A stretch of 64,000 bases of DNA. Origin: Acidimicrobiia bacterium. Lineage in GTDB: Bacteria > Actinomycetota > Acidimicrobiia > Acidimicrobiales > Aldehydirespiratoraceae. The position numbers and the translations under genes are program-made. This document shows, piece by piece, positions 35,518-44,364 of the stretch. Below the pieces are notes generated by a model. It made no database searches and had not been told where the DNA came from. It was given only the letters and a program-made list of their open reading frames with translations. Location of the stretch: positions 1,538 to 65,537 of the forward strand of contig JAJEHD010000015.1 in assembly GCA_022819505.1 (NCBI GenBank), given 5' to 3'. Position 1 is the first letter of the stretch; the number at the start of each line of letters is the position of its first letter.

Positions 35518-36261
35518 ATGACTTCCGGCTCGCCTCCATGGGCTGTCACCCGCATCGCCAATGCCTGCGTGCTGCTGGAGATCGCCGACGCGGTCGTGCT
35601 CACCGACCCGTGGTTCGTCAAGAGCTGGGCCTTCAACGAGCACGCCACCGTGGCGGTCGAGGATCTGCCGCCGCTGACGGCCATCATCGGCAGCCATTGG
35701 GTGCGCGACCACTGGGGGATGGCCGAGCTTGCGACCTACCCCCACCGGGCCACCACGCCGGTCTACGTGGCCGGCGAGAACATGGTGGAGCGGGCCACGG
35801 AGGCCGGGTTCACCAATGTGCAGGTGCTGGAGTGGGGCCAGACCCGCCGGCTCACCGATCAGGTGACTCTCGAAGCCATCGCGGACCATGATCGCGATGG
35901 GCTCATAACCACCAACTACGCCCTCACCTCACCCGAGGCTCGGATCTTCTACGGTGGCGAGACCCTCGAACTCGCCGCGCTGGAGCGCTACCGCGAGTCC
36001 GGCGACGCCTTCGACGCGGCCATCGGCCCGATCAACGGCATGAGACTCCTGGGCCGTCAGTTGGTGGTGACCGCCGCTCAGATGATGGAGGCCACCCGGA
36101 TTCTGGAAGCCCCGGTGCTGGTTCCCATCCACTACGCGCACCGGTCCATCTGGCCGTTCGTCAAGGTGGGAAGCTCATTGACGGACCTGCGGGAGGCCCG
36201 GGACGGGGACATCCGCATCGTCGAACTGCAGGCCGGAGAGCGCTACGCCGCAAGCCTCTGA
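35518..36261 (+). CDS. MBL-fold (UlaG-like) metallo-hydrolase family protein
   Basis: It starts RIANACVLLEIADAVVLTDPWF and has HWVRDHW and PIHY motifs. Confidence 0.6.
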   Translation: MTSGSPPWAVTRIANACVLLEIADAVVLTDPWFVKSWAFNEHATVAVEDLPPLTAIIGSHWVRDHWGMAELATYPHRATTPVYVAGENMVERATEAGFTNVQVLEWGQTRRLTDQVTLEAIADHDRDGLITTNYALTSPEARIFYGGETLELAALERYRESGDAFDAAIGPINGMRLLGRQLVVTAAQMMEATRILEAPVLVPIHYAHRSIWPFVKVGSSLTDLREARDGDIRIVELQAGERYAASL

Positions 36262-36316
36262 CATCACCCCTAACAACCCCATCCGAACCACACCGACACC
36301 TCCAAGGGAGACCCAA

Positions 36317-36625
36317 GTGCAACTCATCTACTTCGAGACGATCCGTGATTCCCACGACAACGACGACCTGCACGCCACCGCGGTGGCGGACATGCGAGTC
36401 CTGGCCGAGGAGACCGACGGGTTCGTGCAGTGGCGCGACCGCGACGAGGGCCTCACCTACTGGGGTGTGGTGATCTTCGAGAACGAGGAGGCCGCGGTGC
36501 GCTGGTCGACGCACCCCGACCACGCCCGGATCCACAACCTGGCCGAGGGCGGCCTCTACGCGACGATCAGGACGATCGCGTTCGACAGCGTCCGCGACAA
36601 GAGCTACCGCGACGGCGGCGACTGA
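36317..36625 (+). CDS. ABM (antibiotic-biosynthesis-monooxygenase-like) dimeric alpha/beta-barrel protein
   Basis: The GTG start follows AAGGGAG. VIFENEEAAVRWSTHPDH is typical of ABM domains. Confidence 0.6.
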   Translation: MQLIYFETIRDSHDNDDLHATAVADMRVLAEETDGFVQWRDRDEGLTYWGVVIFENEEAAVRWSTHPDHARIHNLAEGGLYATIRTIAFDSVRDKSYRDGGD

Positions 36626-37519
36626 TCAGAGGGCTCCGTCGACGGTGATACGGACGAGGGTGCGCTCGACGTCGCCGTAGTCGTGCACGCCGTAGTGCAT
36701 GGTGCAGCGGTTGTCCCATGCCACTAGATCACCCGGAGTCCACTGGTGGCGGTAGACGTTGTCGGGGGTCACCGACTGCGCGTGCAGGAACTTGAGGATC
36801 GGCAGGCTCTCGGCCTCCGTCATGCCCTCGAACTGGGTCATCGCCTCACCCGGACGGTTCATGTAGAGCGCCTTGCGGCCGGTGGCGGGATGGGTCGGCG
36901 CGATGAGGTGGTAGTGGGCCACCTCCTCCTTCTGGTCGTCGGGCAGAAGGTCGGAGATCCGGTCCATGTGCCTGGTGGCACCGACGGGCCTGGTGCCCGC
37001 GAACCGGGCCCGGCGGCCCTCGAGGAACTCCTTCATGCCGTCGGAGAGACGGTCGTAGGCGTTGTACTGGTTGGAGAACATGGTGTCGCCGCCGACGGCC
37101 GGGATCGTCCGGCCCACCGCGACCGACACCGTGGGCGGGACCCGGAAGTGCGACCCGTCCACGTGCCAGCCCTCCGACGGAGTCTTCTCCTTCCCGAAGT
37201 TGGGGATCACCGCGATGTGGGGATAACCCTCCACCGAGTTGGCCTGGTAGTAGTGGGGCAGGAACGGCTCGCCCCAGAGCCGGGCAACCCGCATATGGGC
37301 GTCGGGGATGAGGAACTGGCCCCGCACGACGAGCACGCAGTTCTCATGGAGCGCCTCGCGGATGATCGCTCCCGTCGCCTCGTCGAAGTCCTCGTTGAGG
37401 TCGACTCCGCTGACGATCGCGCCCACCGAGCCGGTGGCCTTCCGAACCTTGACCCCGCCAGAGGTGTCGTCCTGTCCAGCGAGAGCATCGGTCGAGTCGA
37501 TGGTGCTGGTCATTGACAT
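36626..37519 (-). CDS. TauD/TfdA family Fe(II)/2-oxoglutarate dioxygenase (paralog of 29475..30314)
   Basis: Contains WHVDGSH, GGDTMFSNQ and CTMHYGVHDY. Its stop directly abuts the convergent ABM gene stop. Confidence 0.85.
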   Translation of the reverse strand: MSMTSTIDSTDALAGQDDTSGGVKVRKATGSVGAIVSGVDLNEDFDEATGAIIREALHENCVLVVRGQFLIPDAHMRVARLWGEPFLPHYYQANSVEGYPHIAVIPNFGKEKTPSEGWHVDGSHFRVPPTVSVAVGRTIPAVGGDTMFSNQYNAYDRLSDGMKEFLEGRRARFAGTRPVGATRHMDRISDLLPDDQKEEVAHYHLIAPTHPATGRKALYMNRPGEAMTQFEGMTEAESLPILKFLHAQSVTPDNVYRHQWTPGDLVAWDNRCTMHYGVHDYGDVERTLVRITVDGAL

Positions 37520-37548
37520 CCTCCCCCGGATTCCCCCACGGCCCGAGG

Positions 37549-37566
37549 TATAGAGTACACCGTATT
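37549..37566. promoter_or_regulatory. AT-rich box, site 5 of 10 (TATAGAGTACACCGTATT), in a divergent promoter region
   Basis: It lies between TauD (start 37519, minus strand) and the binding-protein gene (start 37606, plus strand). Confidence 0.55.
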
Positions 37567-37605
37567 CTCAGGGCACGTCCGTCGAGATTCCCGAGGAGCC
37601 GGCCG

Positions 37606-39093
37606 ATGAGCAAGACCGCACGCATACTCCTGGGGCGGGGTGCGGCACTGGCTGCCGTGCTCTCCCTGATGGCGGCCGCCTGCGGCGCCGACAGCAGCGA
37701 GCCCGTCGCCGAACCGGCCTCGCAGCCCGCCCAGCAGCAGGAGACTCAGGTCACGAGCTCCCCGGAGGAGGCTGAGCAGCCGGCGACATCGGCAGACGAA
37801 GCCGCCCCCGGCGCCGACGCCCCGGCCAGCGCGCCCGACGACACGGCCACGGACGAAGCGTCGGCCACCGCCGCGGCACCGGCCGATACCGACGCCGCGG
37901 TCGACGAGGCGCCCACCACCACTGTTCCCTCCCGGATCGTGCGCATCGGCGTCGCCTTCCCCGACCTGGCGGCCTTCGCGGTCCTCAACCCCGAGTTCGG
38001 CATCGGCGATCCCGAGGCGCAGGCTCTGGCCGTGGTCGACCAGTGGATACGGGAGGGGCTGCTGCCTGCCGGCATCGGCGTGGAGCTCGTCTTCGGCAAG
38101 TACAACATCATCAGCGATTCGGCGAAGCTCGGTGTCTGCACCGCCTTCGCGCAGGACTCCGACGTCTTCGCCGCGGTGTCCAGCGTCAGTTTCACCGTCG
38201 GCGCCGAGTGCCTCGCCACCCGGTTCGAGATCCCGATCATCGACACCGACGGTGCTCCCCCGTCGCTGTACCAGCGGGGCGCGCCCTGGTTCTTCACCCT
38301 GCGCGCCGATCACGGCACACACCTGCGCAGCTATGCCCAGTGGGCCATCGACAGCGGCCTGTTCGCCGGGAGCGTAGGGATGTACTACGAGACCCGCCTC
38401 GACGAGGGCGTGGAGCAACTGCGCGACCAGGTCGCGGCGGCCGGCTTGGAGATCGCCTCGGAGACGGCCACATCGGGAGAGGGAGTGGGCAGTCCCGAGG
38501 ACCCCGTCGCGGTGCAGCGCTTCATCGTCGACGGCGTCGACGTGGTGCTGCCGCTGGTGGGCGGTTCGAGCCTTGCCGGTGTGCTGGGCTTCGCCGAGAG
38601 CCAGGGCTACCGACCGGTCTACCTGTCCACCGACTATGGAGAGCAGACCGCGGACGTGTCGGGAAAGACCCTTCCCGCCGAGCAGTACGACGGGACCCTG
38701 GCCATGACCATGAAGCGGTCCGGCGAGATCGCGGCCGGGATGGTCAACGAGGAGGCCGAGGCCTGCCTGTCCAACTACGAGCGGTACTCCGGCACTGACA
38801 TTGAGAGACGGGCCCCCGAGACGGGGGAGTTCGCCAGCATCCTGAGGACATGCGACCTCCTGTCGCTCGTGCTTGCCGGCTTACACGGCGCGGCCGATGA
38901 CCTGACCAGAGAGAACTTCGTGGAGGCGCTCGAGAATGCCGGTGAGGTCGCGCCGGCCGGCGTGGCCCCCGGCTCCTTCGGTCCCGACGACCACTCGCTG
39001 GTGGACCACTACCGAGCGATCCGGTGGGACGCCGGCTGCCCGTGCTGGGTGGCGGTGTCGGACTTCATCCCCATGGCCGCTCGCGACAGCTAG
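37606..39093 (+). CDS. orphan PBP1-type ABC substrate-binding lipoprotein
   Basis: ATG follows GAGGAG. The signal peptide ends ...LMAAAC-GADS and an acidic/Pro-Ala linker follows. The mature domain is clearly homologous to 61154..62659 (GIGDPEAQA...KLGVCTAFAQDSDVFAAVS). Confidence 0.8.
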   Translation: MSKTARILLGRGAALAAVLSLMAAACGADSSEPVAEPASQPAQQQETQVTSSPEEAEQPATSADEAAPGADAPASAPDDTATDEASATAAAPADTDAAVDEAPTTTVPSRIVRIGVAFPDLAAFAVLNPEFGIGDPEAQALAVVDQWIREGLLPAGIGVELVFGKYNIISDSAKLGVCTAFAQDSDVFAAVSSVSFTVGAECLATRFEIPIIDTDGAPPSLYQRGAPWFFTLRADHGTHLRSYAQWAIDSGLFAGSVGMYYETRLDEGVEQLRDQVAAAGLEIASETATSGEGVGSPEDPVAVQRFIVDGVDVVLPLVGGSSLAGVLGFAESQGYRPVYLSTDYGEQTADVSGKTLPAEQYDGTLAMTMKRSGEIAAGMVNEEAEACLSNYERYSGTDIERRAPETGEFASILRTCDLLSLVLAGLHGAADDLTRENFVEALENAGEVAPAGVAPGSFGPDDHSLVDHYRAIRWDAGCPCWVAVSDFIPMAARDS

Positions 39094-39130
39094 AGGCCGA
39101 GCGAGGCCCGCTCCCGGCAGCCCTCCACGG

Positions 39131-39148
39131 AATTGGGTATACTGAGTT
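39131..39148. promoter_or_regulatory. AT-rich box, site 6 of 10 (AATTGGGTATACTGAGTT)
   Basis: It lies in the 111-nt gap upstream of lipoprotein gene 39205. Confidence 0.55.
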
Positions 39149-39204
39149 TTGATCTCGGGCCGGCACGTCCGCCGGTCCTTCGACATCCCAGAGGGAGGGC
39201 ACCC

Positions 39205-39807
39205 GTGTCGAGAACATGGAGACTCGCATTGGTAGCGGCGGCCGCTGTCTTGCTGGCCGCCAGTTGTGGCGACGACGCCGAGGATGCGGCGCCTGCACCG
39301 GCGGTAGAGGAGCCGGCTGCACCCGAGCCCGCACCGGACCCCGAGCCCGAGCCGGCACCTGAGCCTGAGCCTGAGCCCGAGCCGGCACCTGAGCCCGAGC
39401 CTGAGCCCGAGCCGGTCGACGAGTTCGATGCGGAGGCGGCGGCTGCGGAGGTGACCGCCAACGTGTCGCTGTTCTTCGACAACCTGGCGCTGGTGGGCAC
39501 CGCCGAAGGCGACGCGCAGCAGGGCTACATCGACGAGATGATCGCGGTGCTGGAGGGCTCCGATCCCGCCACCGGCGAGATCTTCAAGATGCTGGGAACC
39601 CTGGCCGCGGGCTTGACCATCGACATGCGCGACGTGGTGGTGGCCGACGAGGCCAACGCCAGCTTCACCTTCGACCTGCTCATCAACGGCAACCCGACCC
39701 AGGTCACCGACGCCACCGGCACCGCCCTGTTCGAGGACGGCGTCTGGAAGCTCACCCAGCAGACCTGGGGCGCCCTGGCAGCCCTCGCCGACACCGGCGA
39801 CAGCTAG
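39205..39807 (+). CDS. small lipoprotein with a Pro-Glu repeat linker and a ~130-aa globular domain, function unknown
   Basis: The GTG start follows GAGGGAGGG. The signal peptide ends LLAASC-GDD, followed by a PEPEPAPEPEPEPEP linker. Confidence 0.65.
   Translation: MSRTWRLALVAAAAVLLAASCGDDAEDAAPAPAVEEPAAPEPAPDPEPEPAPEPEPEPEPAPEPEPEPEPVDEFDAEAAAAEVTANVSLFFDNLALVGTAEGDAQQGYIDEMIAVLEGSDPATGEIFKMLGTLAAGLTIDMRDVVVADEANASFTFDLLINGNPTQVTDATGTALFEDGVWKLTQQTWGALAALADTGDS
39343..39417 (+). repeat. 30-bp tandem repeat, ~2.5 copies (GAGCCCGAGCCGGCACCTGAGCCYGAGCCT), encoding the (EPEPAPEPEP)n linker
   Basis: Units 39343-39372 and 39373-39402 differ at one base. A partial third unit spans 39403-39417. 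Confidence 0.85.
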
Positions 39808-39919
39808 ACCGCCCCCGGCAGCGCCTGTCCCTTTATCGCAGGGTCGGCCGGATCAGCACCGGTCCGGCTGACCGGCAGCACCAGTTTCGCGAGCGTCGTG
39901 CGCCTGTAATCCTCTGGCG

Positions 39920-42214
39920 ATGGTCGTAGCACCGCTCACCGGCCTCCGCGTCCTGCAGCTCAGCGGCGGGATCGAGGTGGCCTACTGCACCAAGATCCTG
40001 GCCGACGCGGGCGCGGACGTGGCGTTCGTCGAGCCGGCGAGCGGTCACGAGTTGCGCCATCGCAGCATCACAGGGGCTGATCTGGGCGGGCGATCGAGTC
40101 CGCTGTTCGAGTACCTGCACTGCTCCAAGCGAGGTCTGGAGGATCCCGGCGAGGATCGGCGGGCCCTCTACGAGCTCAGCGACGTCGTGGTGGCCGACCA
40201 TCTCGACGACTCGTGGGAGCGGCTGCATGAGCGCTTCCCCCATCTCAGCGCGGTAGTCGTCTCGCCGTTCGGGATGGAGGGTCCCTGGTCGTCGCGGCCC
40301 GCGTCGGACCTCACGTTGCAGGCCGCTTCCGGAGGCATGGCGCCGCGCGGCGCTCCCGGCCGGGCTCCCCTGATGGTCGGTGGGGAACCCAGCTACTGGT
40401 TCGCGGGCTCGGTTGCGGCCGTGAGCCTGCTCGGAGCGCTCAACCGGACGCGCTCGACCGGCGTCGGCGAGTTGATCGACGTCTCGATGCTGGAAACCAC
40501 CCACCTCGAGCACGGCATGTACCCGGTGACGTTCCACTCGATGGCGGGCCGGCCCTTCCAGACCAGCCGTGGCGTGCCGGTCCCCGGCATCGAGCCCACC
40601 CATGACGGGTGGGTGGGCTTCTTCGTCATCACCGGCCAGCAGTGGCTCGACTTCTGCGCGCTGATCGGCAGACCCGAATGGCAGCAGGACGAGTCGCTGT
40701 TCATCGCGGTCGAGCGCAGGCTGCGGGCCGAACAGCTCCAGGGCCCCATCCGCGACTGGACCCGGGAGCGTACGACGGACGAGATCGTGGAGACCGCGTC
40801 GCTGATGAGGATCCCGGTCGCCCCGATCGGCTCGGGCGAGACCGTCACGGGCATCGACCACTTCGTGGCCGAGGAGTGGTTCGTGCGCCATCCCGATGGC
40901 TTCACCCAGCCCCGGCGCCCGTATCGCTTCGGCCGCGAGCCCATCGCTGCGCCGGTGCCGGCCCGAAGCTTGAGCGACGCAGAGCATCTCGGCTGGCAGC
41001 CGCGGCCCCGCCGGCCCGGGACCGGAGGAGCCTCAGGGGACCTTCCCCTTGAAGGCATACGGGTCGCCGACTTCACCGGCTTCTGGGCGGGACCGATGGC
41101 CAGCGCGATCCTCGCCGGGCTGGGCGCCGACGTCATCCACCTGGAGGGCCCCAAACGCCCCGACGGAATCCGGATGAACACGCTTCGCTTGATGAGCGAG
41201 CCGCAGTGGTGGGAGTGGTCGCCGCTGTTCTGCGGCGCTAACACCAACAAGCGTGGCCTGTGCATCGACCTGTCGACCCCCGAGGGGCACGGGGCGGCCT
41301 TACGGCTGCTCGGCACGTGCGACGTGATGTTCGAGAACTTCAGCCCCCGTGTGGTGGAGCAGCTCGGGCTGGCGCCGGACGCGGTGCTGGGCGCCAACCC
41401 ACGGATCGTGATCGTGCGCATGCCGGCGTTCGGGCTGGGAGGACCGTGGCGGGACCGGGTGGGGTTCGCTCAGACGATCGAGCAGTCCTGCGGTCTCGCC
41501 TTCCTGACCGGCTACGAGGGCGAAGCCCCTCTCATTCCCAACGGCATGTGCGATCCGCTGGCCGGCGTGCACGGCGCGATCGCAGCCCTGGTGGCGCTGG
41601 TCGAGCGGGCCCGCAGCGGTGCCGGACAGGTGGTGGAGGCACCCATGGTTGGTGCAGGTCTGGCGGTAGCCGCCGAACAGGTCCTGGAGTACTCGGCCTT
41701 CGGGAACCTGCAACGCTCGATGGGCAACTCGTCGCCCCTGATGTCCCAGCAGGTCTTGCGCGGCGCCGGAGAGGACGAGTGGATCGCCGTCAGCCTGCCC
41801 GATCAGCAAGCCGTGCGGGCCGCCCTCGCGGTCTCCGGAGGCGATGACCTCGCCGATCTTGAGCGCTGGTGCGCCACCCGCCCGGCCGAGGACGCTGCGG
41901 AGGTGCTGCTGGCCCAGGGTGTGCCTGCGGCCAGGGTGCAGTGGGCTCAGGAGGTCGTCGACAGTCCGCAGCTCCATCATCGGGGGTTCTTCGAGCAGCT
42001 CGACCATCCGCTGTGCGGCCGCCACACCTACATCTCGTGGCCGGCCCGATTCAGCGCGGGACCGCAGGCATGGAACCGGGTCGCATCGCCCACCATGGGG
42101 CAGCACAACCACGAGATCCTGGCCGAACTGGGCTATGACGAAGCCGCCATCGACCGCCTGCGGAGCCAGGGTGTGATCTCGGAGGGCGTGCTCACCGACC
42201 AGCACGGCTGGTGA
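39920..42214 (+). CDS. tandem double family-III (CaiB/BaiF) CoA-transferase
   Basis: There are two copies of the family N-terminal signature: LTGLRVLQLSGGIEVAYCTKILADAGADV and, ~375 aa later, LEGIRVADFTGFWAGPMASAILAGLGADV. Total length is 764 aa. Confidence 0.8.
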   Translation: MVVAPLTGLRVLQLSGGIEVAYCTKILADAGADVAFVEPASGHELRHRSITGADLGGRSSPLFEYLHCSKRGLEDPGEDRRALYELSDVVVADHLDDSWERLHERFPHLSAVVVSPFGMEGPWSSRPASDLTLQAASGGMAPRGAPGRAPLMVGGEPSYWFAGSVAAVSLLGALNRTRSTGVGELIDVSMLETTHLEHGMYPVTFHSMAGRPFQTSRGVPVPGIEPTHDGWVGFFVITGQQWLDFCALIGRPEWQQDESLFIAVERRLRAEQLQGPIRDWTRERTTDEIVETASLMRIPVAPIGSGETVTGIDHFVAEEWFVRHPDGFTQPRRPYRFGREPIAAPVPARSLSDAEHLGWQPRPRRPGTGGASGDLPLEGIRVADFTGFWAGPMASAILAGLGADVIHLEGPKRPDGIRMNTLRLMSEPQWWEWSPLFCGANTNKRGLCIDLSTPEGHGAALRLLGTCDVMFENFSPRVVEQLGLAPDAVLGANPRIVIVRMPAFGLGGPWRDRVGFAQTIEQSCGLAFLTGYEGEAPLIPNGMCDPLAGVHGAIAALVALVERARSGAGQVVEAPMVGAGLAVAAEQVLEYSAFGNLQRSMGNSSPLMSQQVLRGAGEDEWIAVSLPDQQAVRAALAVSGGDDLADLERWCATRPAEDAAEVLLAQGVPAARVQWAQEVVDSPQLHHRGFFEQLDHPLCGRHTYISWPARFSAGPQAWNRVASPTMGQHNHEILAELGYDEAAIDRLRSQGVISEGVLTDQHGW

Positions 42215-42254
42215 AGGCCGAACACCGGGACCGCCCGGAGGCGGCATCTCCAGC

Positions 42255-42272
42255 GATTCAGTACACTAAAAT
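42255..42272. promoter_or_regulatory. AT-rich box, site 7 of 10 (GATTCAGTACACTAAAAT)
   Basis: It lies in the 87-nt gap upstream of the acyl-CoA dehydrogenase operon. Confidence 0.55.
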
Positions 42273-42301
42273 GGCTGGAGCACCGATTCTGGGGGCCGTC
42301 A

Positions 42302-43444
42302 ATGGAGTTCGACTGGACCGAGGAGGATCTGTCCTACCGGTCGGAGCTTCAGGACTTCCTCGCGGAGGAGCTGCCGGGACGATGGGAGGGCGCCACCGCC
42401 GTGCTCGGCTCGGCCGACAATGCCGAGTACTCCCGACGCTTCGCCGGGCTGCTCGCCGAGAAGGGATGGTTGACACCCCACTGGCCGACTGAGTGGGGCG
42501 GGACGGCGGCCACACCCTGGATGCTGGCCGTGCTGGGCGAGGAGTTGTGGTCCCGGGGTGAGCCCCGCGGCCCCCAGTACATGAACGTCAACTGGATCGG
42601 CCCGTCGATAATGGCCCACGGCACGCCCGAGCAGTGCCAGCGGTACCTGCCTCCCATCGCGGCCGGGGACGTGATCTGGTGCCAGGGGTTCTCCGAGCCC
42701 GAGGCTGGGACCGACCTGGCGTCGCTGCGGACCCGGGCGGTGCTTGACGGCGACGACTACGTGGTCAACGGGTCAAAGATCTGGACCTCCTACGGCGACA
42801 TCGCCGATCACTGCTACCTGCTGGTGCGCACCGACGCCCAGGCCGAGCGCCACCGTGGCATCTCCGTGCTGCTCATGGCCATGGACTCACCCGGCCTGGT
42901 CGTGCGCCCCATACCGGGGATGGTGGGCGAGCACTCCTTCACCGAGTTGTTCCTCACCGATGTGCGGGTCCCGGTCGCCAACCGGCTCGGACCGGAGAAC
43001 GAGGGGTGGAGCGTGGTGCGCGAGGCGCTGTCGTTCGAGCGGGTGGGGGCGCCCCGCTGGGCCCGGGCCGCTTACGTGCTCGATGAGACGGTACGGGGGG
43101 CGTTGGAGCAGGGCCGGTCGATCGATCCGGTGGCTGTCGAGGCAGTGGGCGTGGCCAAGACCGCCTGCGAGGCGGCCCGCATGCTGTGCTACCGCGTTAT
43201 CGATGAGCGGGCCCGCGACCTCCCACCCTCGCCCCACGCCAACGTCGCCCGGGTGGCGATGGTGCAAGCCGAGAGGCTGGTGGCCGACGCCTGCGCGGCC
43301 CTCGAGGGCAACGAGATCATGCGATACGGATCCGACTCCGACCTCCAGATGCGCAAGTCGCTGGCCGCGGGTGTCGCCGCCGGGACCTACGAGGTGCAGC
43401 TCAACCTGGTGTCGCGCCGCCACCTGCGCCTGCCCAAGAACTGA
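42302..43444 (+). CDS. acyl-CoA dehydrogenase family protein (full length, FAD-binding motif present)
   Basis: Contains CQGFSEPEAGTDLASLRT and KIWTS. The C-terminus reads AAGTYEVQLNLV. Confidence 0.85.
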   Translation: MEFDWTEEDLSYRSELQDFLAEELPGRWEGATAVLGSADNAEYSRRFAGLLAEKGWLTPHWPTEWGGTAATPWMLAVLGEELWSRGEPRGPQYMNVNWIGPSIMAHGTPEQCQRYLPPIAAGDVIWCQGFSEPEAGTDLASLRTRAVLDGDDYVVNGSKIWTSYGDIADHCYLLVRTDAQAERHRGISVLLMAMDSPGLVVRPIPGMVGEHSFTELFLTDVRVPVANRLGPENEGWSVVREALSFERVGAPRWARAAYVLDETVRGALEQGRSIDPVAVEAVGVAKTACEAARMLCYRVIDERARDLPPSPHANVARVAMVQAERLVADACAALEGNEIMRYGSDSDLQMRKSLAAGVAAGTYEVQLNLVSRRHLRLPKN

Positions 43445-43446
43445 CC

Positions 43447-44364
43447 ATGGACTTCACGCTCGACTCCCACCAGGAAGCAGTGCTCGAGGCGGTGGGGACG
43501 CTGCTGTCCCGCCATTCCGGCCCCGCCCGGCTGCATGACCTCGGCGGCGACGAGCCCGGCTACGACCACGACCTCGACAAGCGGCTGGCCGAGGCGGGCT
43601 TCCTGGACGTCGCGGAGCCCCTCAGTACCTGCCGGCTGGACGCGGCCCTGGTGCTCGAGGCGCTCTCGGGTTCTCTCGCGTCCTCCGCCGCCGGTTGGCG
43701 GCTGCTGGTGCTGCCGACCCTGGACGTCGATGTCGAGGGGCCCGTCGCGGTGGTGACCGAGAGCCACTCTGGACCGGCCCGCTTCGCGGCCGACGCCGAC
43801 GCCCTCGTCGTGATCGGCGATGACCGGGTGCGCCTGGTGCGACCGGACCGTCCCATCCCCAGGGTCCGCTCCCGGCTGGGATGGCCTGTCGGCGAGGTGA
43901 CCGGACTGTCTGAGGGCGGTGCTCTCGATGGGGCGCCAGCGGCTGCGGTCCGGTCCTGGGCGCGGGTCGCGGTGGCCACCGAGATGGTGGGGGCGATGCA
44001 GTTCGCCCTCGACATCACGGTCCGGCACGTGAGCGACCGGCGCCAGTTCGACCGGGCGATCGGCTCGTTCCAAGCGGTCCAGCACGGCCTGGCCGAGTGC
44101 TCGGTCGCGGTCGACGGAGCCCGCTGGCTCGCCCTGGAGGCAGCCTTCACCGGCTCGGCCAGTACCGCGGCCGCGGCGCTCACCCAGGCATCGGAGGCCT
44201 CCAAGCTGATCTTCAGGAGGACCCACCAGTATCACGGAGCCATGGGCTTCACCAGGGAGTACGACCTGCACCTGGCCACCCTGAGGCTGCTGGCGCTGCG
44301 CAGCGAGGCCGAGAGCTTCGGACGGCCGGCGGCCGCCTGCGCTCACGAGCATTGGGGCATCTGA
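43447..44364 (+). CDS. short acyl-CoA-dehydrogenase-like protein lacking the SEPxAGSD FAD motif (candidate non-catalytic beta subunit)
   Basis: The product is 305 aa. The C-terminal ACAD helices are recognisable (RRQFDRAIGSFQAVQH, HQYHGAMGFTREYDLHL). No middle-domain motif is present. Confidence 0.7.
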   Translation: MDFTLDSHQEAVLEAVGTLLSRHSGPARLHDLGGDEPGYDHDLDKRLAEAGFLDVAEPLSTCRLDAALVLEALSGSLASSAAGWRLLVLPTLDVDVEGPVAVVTESHSGPARFAADADALVVIGDDRVRLVRPDRPIPRVRSRLGWPVGEVTGLSEGGALDGAPAAAVRSWARVAVATEMVGAMQFALDITVRHVSDRRQFDRAIGSFQAVQHGLAECSVAVDGARWLALEAAFTGSASTAAAALTQASEASKLIFRRTHQYHGAMGFTREYDLHLATLRLLALRSEAESFGRPAAACAHEHWGI

